Below the pieces are notes generated by a model. It made no database searches. It saw only the letters and a list, made by a program, of their open reading frames with translations, and was not told the DNA's origin. The translations under genes and the position numbers were made by a program. A DNA stretch of 64,000 nucleotides from contig CAWBPL010000002.1 in the NCBI GenBank assembly GCA_963790805.1, forward strand, positions 825,814-889,813, in the 5' to 3' direction. Every line of letters begins with the position of its first letter. The stretch's first letter is position 1. This DNA is from Candidatus Gottesmanbacteria bacterium (GTDB taxonomy: Bacteria; Patescibacteriota; Microgenomatia; UBA10105; UBA927). Positions 60,072 through 64,000 of this stretch are shown here, piece after piece.

Positions 60072-60895
60072 GTTATCCTATTTTTTACCCTGATCTTCGA
60101 ATAGTTCCCATAGCGGATATAAAGCTTCAGGAATACGTGCAAAAACCCAGAGTGACGCCGCTTGCCGAGGCGATCAAAAAAGAAGGATTTCTTCGAAATC
60201 CGCCGATTGTTACCAATTTTTATGAGGGGAAATACCTCCAGCTCGACGGTGCAAACCGCTTAACCGCCATGACCGAGTTAGGATACACCAATTGCTGCGT
60301 GCAAATTATCGATTATAGCGATCCTGCTCACGTGCATCTTTTAAGCTGGAGTCACGTTATTCTCGTTGATAAAAATGAATTTCTTTCAAAGGTGAAGGCG
60401 ATTGCCGGCGTAACGCTACAAAAAGTGCGGGTGTTTGATCATGAGTCGTTACTACGGCCCGAGGTGGTAAGTGTTTTTGTATTTACAGATCAGACAGTCT
60501 ATCAAGTTCTAACAGATTTGTCGTTAGAGTCATTAGTGAAAAGCGCGAATGCAATTGTTGATCTCTACAAAGATCAGGAGGTGGAACGGGTGTTTTCCGG
60601 TTCGCCGTGGACGACGCAGTCGATAGCTGAGCGTTTTCGCCGGTATGCTGAAGATAATCTGTTTGTCGTATTTCCGAATTATTCTCCAGCGCAGGTGATG
60701 AAGATCATCCACAAGGGAATTCTTATGCCCGCCGGCGTTACCCGTCATGTCGTGTACAGACGGAAGCTGAACGTCAATGTGCCGCTTTCGTATTTTGCGA
60801 TTTCAAAAATGGATGAAGCTAACGAAAAACTCCAGAAGTTTCTTCAGCACCGGCAGGTGCGCCTCTACGAAGAACCAGTGATTTATTTTGAATAG
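60068..60895 (+). CDS. Hypothetical ParB/Srx-fold (DUF262-like) protein, translationally coupled to serA.
   Basis: LQLDGANRLTAM resembles the DGQQRLT motif of ParB-like/DUF262 nuclease domains. Its start overlaps the serA stop. Confidence 0.45.
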   Translation: MSYPIFYPDLRIVPIADIKLQEYVQKPRVTPLAEAIKKEGFLRNPPIVTNFYEGKYLQLDGANRLTAMTELGYTNCCVQIIDYSDPAHVHLLSWSHVILVDKNEFLSKVKAIAGVTLQKVRVFDHESLLRPEVVSVFVFTDQTVYQVLTDLSLESLVKSANAIVDLYKDQEVERVFSGSPWTTQSIAERFRRYAEDNLFVVFPNYSPAQVMKIIHKGILMPAGVTRHVVYRRKLNVNVPLSYFAISKMDEANEKLQKFLQHRQVRLYEEPVIYFE

Positions 60896-60896
60896 C

Positions 60897-60975
60897 GGGT
60901 GGGTGACCATGGAGTCGCCCGCCTGCAACGCTTTGCGTAGCAATGCGGGCAGGGACCATGCGCCTCTTTCTTAAT
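60897..60975 (-). repeat. Partial copy of the tRNA-Ile 3' half, carrying a 36-nt hairpin insertion in the T-loop, about 75 nt downstream of the intact tRNA.
   Basis: gtgggtgaccatggagtcg and gaccatgcgcctctttctta are each shared with 61050-61090. The extra cccgcctgcaacgctttgcgtagcaatgcgggcagg sits between them. Confidence 0.8.
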
Positions 60976-61047
60976 GCGAACATTTACCAACGTGAGCAGC
61001 AAGAAAGTTAACAGATAACGAACCGAACCTTAATCACCTCTATGGAG

Positions 61048-61119
61048 TGGGTGACCATGGAGTCGGACCATGCGCCTCTTTCTTATCAGGAAAGCGTTCT
61101 ACCGCTGAACTAGTCACCC
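61048..61119 (-). tRNA. tRNA-Ile (anticodon GAT).
   Basis: GGGTGAC-TA-GTTC-AGCGGTA-GAAC-G-CTTTC-CTGATAA-GAAAG-AGGCG-CATGG-TCCGACT-CCATG-GTCACCC-A. Confidence 0.8.
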
Positions 61120-61145
61120 AAACACACTGATTATATCAAAATGTG

Positions 61146-61217
61146 AGGCGCGGAAGGGAATCGAACCCTTGCATAGAAGTTTTGCAGACTCCCGCGTTAC
61201 CTCTTCGCCACCGCGCC
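61146..61217 (-). tRNA. tRNA-Cys (anticodon GCA).
   Basis: Acceptor GGCGCGG/CCGCGCC. Anticodon stem GGAGT-CTGCAAA-ACTTC. T-arm AAGGG-TTCGATT-CCCTT. 3-bp D-stem. Confidence 0.75.
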
Positions 61218-61326
61218 ATACTGTTTAATTGTTAATATGCTCTCGCGTTATACCACTCGCTTGCGCTTCGGGTATTGATCGGCATCTAAGCTCATTTCGA
61301 AGACTCGATTCGCTAAGTTGCCATCA

Positions 61327-61347
61327 ACCTCTTCGCCACCGCGCCAT
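61327..61347 (-). repeat. 21-nt duplicate of the tRNA-Cys 5' end, about 110 nt upstream of the intact gene.
   Basis: acctcttcgccaccgcgccat occurs at 61199-61219 and again at 61327-61347. Confidence 0.8.
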
Positions 61348-61394
61348 TAGTGAGATTTTATCACAAAAGAAGCGTTGCTCGCTAGAAACGTACA

Positions 61395-62006
61395 TTAAAA
61401 CAATCCGATTTGTCTTGACGCTTCAATCACTTCTTTCGGGTACGAAAAATCCACGGGAATGTCGCGCACGGTATTCCATTTATCCCTATATTTCAGTTTT
61501 TTCTCACGGACGCCGAAATCATAAAGTTCTTTCGTAATGAGCACATCGGCTTCACAATACGATTTGAGTTTTGCGAGGCTTTCGGCGTCGTGCTTGTTCC
61601 AGTAGACAACGGCATTGGTTCCGACGTCGGTTTTATGCCTGCCCAACGTCTGGCTGGCCAGATGATCAAGTCCGATAGAAAATCCCAAACGGTCACGCAC
61701 CATTTTCATGATGTCGAAGTGGGGAAATGTTTTAAAATCACTTGGCGCAAAGGGGGCGAGTGCCGGTACATCAAATTTAATGCTGTTAAATCCGATAATG
61801 CGTTTTGCATTGCGGAAATGCTCCCACATGATAGGGATTTCGTTGTCCCAAAAGCTTAATAGTTTTCCTGTTAGTTCGCGCTGCGTTTCATCAACTGTCC
61901 GCACGTAGAGAGAAACCAGAGAAACGCCCAAATCTGCGGGATCGGTTGAGCTTATGTCGGAAAACAGCTTTTTCGTTTCGCAGTCGAATATTACTTCCGT
62001 AATCAT
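61395..62006 (-). CDS. DEDD-family 3'-5' exonuclease (DnaQ/RNase T/oligoribonuclease-like).
   Basis: FDCET (Exo I), GFNSIKFDV (Exo II) and YCEADV (Exo III) are the three exonuclease motifs. Confidence 0.7.
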   Translation of the reverse strand: MITEVIFDCETKKLFSDISSTDPADLGVSLVSLYVRTVDETQRELTGKLLSFWDNEIPIMWEHFRNAKRIIGFNSIKFDVPALAPFAPSDFKTFPHFDIMKMVRDRLGFSIGLDHLASQTLGRHKTDVGTNAVVYWNKHDAESLAKLKSYCEADVLITKELYDFGVREKKLKYRDKWNTVRDIPVDFSYPKEVIEASRQIGLF

Positions 62007-62073
62007 AAAATTATCGTCGTAGGAGTATTATTATAGCGCGAACTGTTGGTGCGAGCTATAATGAGATCCATAT

Positions 62074-62565
62074 ATGGGTGAAATAATGACATTTAAATCT
62101 GTTGATAATCATAATTTCACGCCAGGGGCGTATGAGAAGCGTGCAGGGAAACCGGGAAACTTTGAATCTTTGAGTAATTTCTGTGATGGAAAAAATCAAG
62201 ATACATCAGAATCTGATGTACACGAAAAATTAATCGGAACGCCATGGAATGATCCCGGCACCGTCATGGTTACCGTGATGAAACCGATATCCATGATTGG
62301 CGGTACGCAGAGGATCCAACTTGAATCTCACCTTTCTAATGGTTTCCTCTATATGGAGGTAGGCAATTGGGGAGTGGGCGAGTCGCGTCCTTCTTGTGAT
62401 ATTCGGATCGGATCTGAGGGGAACCTGCCGAACACAACGGCTGTTCCGATATTTACTTCCATGATTGAAGCATTTCGTACCCTTCTTGGTGAAAAATTTA
62501 CTGAGGAATTTCCTCCATGTGAAGTTGTCGCATCGAAAGATGGATTTGACATAGTGCAAATATGA
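62074..62565 (+). CDS. Hypothetical protein.
   Basis: 163-aa ORF whose stop overlaps the start of the downstream methyltransferase (ATGA). Confidence 0.4.
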   Translation: MGEIMTFKSVDNHNFTPGAYEKRAGKPGNFESLSNFCDGKNQDTSESDVHEKLIGTPWNDPGTVMVTVMKPISMIGGTQRIQLESHLSNGFLYMEVGNWGVGESRPSCDIRIGSEGNLPNTTAVPIFTSMIEAFRTLLGEKFTEEFPPCEVVASKDGFDIVQI

Positions 62566-63341
62566 AAAACGATACATCTTGGCACAGCGTAGGTAAGTGG
62601 TATAACAAACTCGTTGACCAAAAAGGCCATTATTATCATCAGCACGTTGTGATTCCTGGGGTTTTACGATTGCTGTCTCTCGACGTAAGTTCGAGACTCC
62701 TTGACGTCGCCTGCGGACAGGGGGTTTTGGGGCGGTCGATTCCCAAAAATATTCACTATACCGGTTTTGATATTGCACGGTCTCTTGTTGAGGAAGCGAC
62801 ACGATTGGACCATAATCCCAACCACACGTATTTGCTGGGTGACGCAACGAAAGAATTGCCGCTTGGGCAATGGCAGTTTACCCCGATTCAATCGGGGTTT
62901 ACCCATGCGGCCGTTGTCCTTGCTCTTCAAAATATCGAGGACACTACAAGCGTCATAACGAATATTCATAAAAATCTTGCGCCAAACGGTAAACTCGTTA
63001 TCGTTCTTAACCACCCTGCATTCCGGATCCCGAGGCAATCGAGCTGGGGGATAGATGAGCAAAACAAGCTCCAGTACAGGCGGGTAAACATCTACATGTC
63101 TTCCTTAAAAATTCCCATAACGATGCATCCGGGAAAGCCGGGTTCACGGGTTACTTGGTCGTTTCATCACCCGATAAGCTATTACGTGGACGCACTCACG
63201 AAAAACGGATTTGTGGTTGACGCGCTTGAGGAATGGACGAGCGATAAAGAATCGGAAGGGTCGGCTCGGCGTATGGAAAACAGGAGTAGAAGCGAATTTC
63301 CTCTCTTTTTAGCCTTAAGAGCCTCGAAGGTTGACAGCTAA
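62562..63341 (+). CDS. Class I SAM-dependent methyltransferase.
   Basis: LLDVACGQGVLG is motif I (GxGxG). Confidence 0.8.
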   Translation: MKNDTSWHSVGKWYNKLVDQKGHYYHQHVVIPGVLRLLSLDVSSRLLDVACGQGVLGRSIPKNIHYTGFDIARSLVEEATRLDHNPNHTYLLGDATKELPLGQWQFTPIQSGFTHAAVVLALQNIEDTTSVITNIHKNLAPNGKLVIVLNHPAFRIPRQSSWGIDEQNKLQYRRVNIYMSSLKIPITMHPGKPGSRVTWSFHHPISYYVDALTKNGFVVDALEEWTSDKESEGSARRMENRSRSEFPLFLALRASKVDS

Positions 63342-63373
63342 ATAATCCTATAGTATAATAACTCTTAATTCTT

Positions 63374-64000
63374 ATGGCGGAATCTCATGAAGGTTTTAAT
63401 ACTGCTGAATCATACGTAGCGCTGAAAAAAGAACTTGGCGAGCCGGATATTAACGTACTTATCGTGCTGGGGACCGGACCGGAAAAAAGTGTGCTTTTTC
63501 CTGGTGAGGTTAGTAAGGATCAACGAAAACAGTGGGAAGAGTTTAAGGAAGATCCGCTCCATACGAACGAACCGAATTTCTACGTTGTTGAGGGTAACGC
63601 GTATCGCTCAGAAATTCAGGATATCCGAAATCTTTCTATTTCTCGCGCAAAAAAAAGAGAACTGATAGATGCCGTACGATTGAAATGGCAGAATAATCCA
63701 AGATTTACGTGTAACCGTTGGGAACGCTTAAATGTGGTTGCGACTGGTGACCTCATGTTATCCGGTGCAGTAAAAGAGGTGGTATTTAGCGGTGGCACTA
63801 CGACGTTGCCTGTCCGTGAGAATGCTTTAGGTAAGCAGTTTCGTCGATCCAAGTTGCTGAAAGAAGGATTGCATTCCGAGGCTGAGCTCATGCGTGACCT
63901 TCTTATCCAAATATACGGACGCCGGCTATTTGATAAAGATCATCCGAAAGAACAATTGACAGAGGAATTCGAAGCGTTAAAAAATCGGGAACAGTCACTC
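63374..64000 (+). CDS. Hypothetical protein, 3'-truncated by the window edge. It is not in the ORF track because no stop codon is reached.
   Basis: Hand translation from ATG 63374 gives 209 codons without a stop (MAESHEGFNTAESYVALKKELGEPDINVLIVLGTGPEKS...). Confidence 0.5.
   Translation, partial: MAESHEGFNTAESYVALKKELGEPDINVLIVLGTGPEKSVLFPGEVSKDQRKQWEEFKEDPLHTNEPNFYVVEGNAYRSEIQDIRNLSISRAKKRELIDAVRLKWQNNPRFTCNRWERLNVVATGDLMLSGAVKEVVFSGGTTTLPVRENALGKQFRRSKLLKEGLHSEAELMRDLLIQIYGRRLFDKDHPKEQLTEEFEALKNREQSL

Noticed and set aside
62230-62847. 205-aa minus-strand ORF.
   Set aside because: It lies antisense across two translationally coupled plus-strand genes, one of which has a clear SAM-methyltransferase motif. 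Other long antisense ORFs inside real genes (for example 5639..6364 and 20691..21206) were dismissed for the same reason.

Overview
This 64-kb window looks like a small-genome, CPR/Patescibacteria-like bacterium. That placement is an inference from three things: a divergent 16S rRNA with a 515F-site mismatch, PT-rich surface proteins, and an archaeal-type CoA enzyme fusion. Core housekeeping genes dominate. They include a secE-nusG-rplKAJL ribosomal-protein cluster on the minus strand, fmt/def, mreB/mrdA, dprA/topA, tkt/tal, rpmG, rpmB and a serine-biosynthesis pair. There is one unlinked 16S rRNA gene carrying an AT-rich expansion in helix 6, and six tRNAs, all on the minus strand (Trp, Thr-GGT, Tyr, Thr-TGT, Ile, Cys). 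Between these sit many cell-envelope genes: GT-C and GT4 glycosyltransferases, two O-antigen-ligase-like proteins, three PAP2 phosphatases, galU, a GalT-like gene and two SGNH hydrolases. A family of secreted or membrane-anchored proteins carries PT linkers, a shared PKD-like domain and, in one case, a dockerin-like C-terminus.

The structure I could not explain with ordinary annotation is of four kinds. First, the normally contiguous ribosomal-protein cluster is interrupted by hypothetical genes, and rplL is followed by about 1 kb of gene-free sequence where rpoB would normally be. Second, three tRNAs are flanked by partial direct repeats of themselves (Trp, Ile and Cys), which look like integration or excision scars; the Trp locus is also next to AT-rich GNAT and cupin genes. 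Third, a 150-nt nested inverted-repeat element sits between two convergent genes. Fourth, a GT-C glycosyltransferase is split by a frameshift at a T6 homopolymer run. No CRISPR array, integrase or transposase is present.
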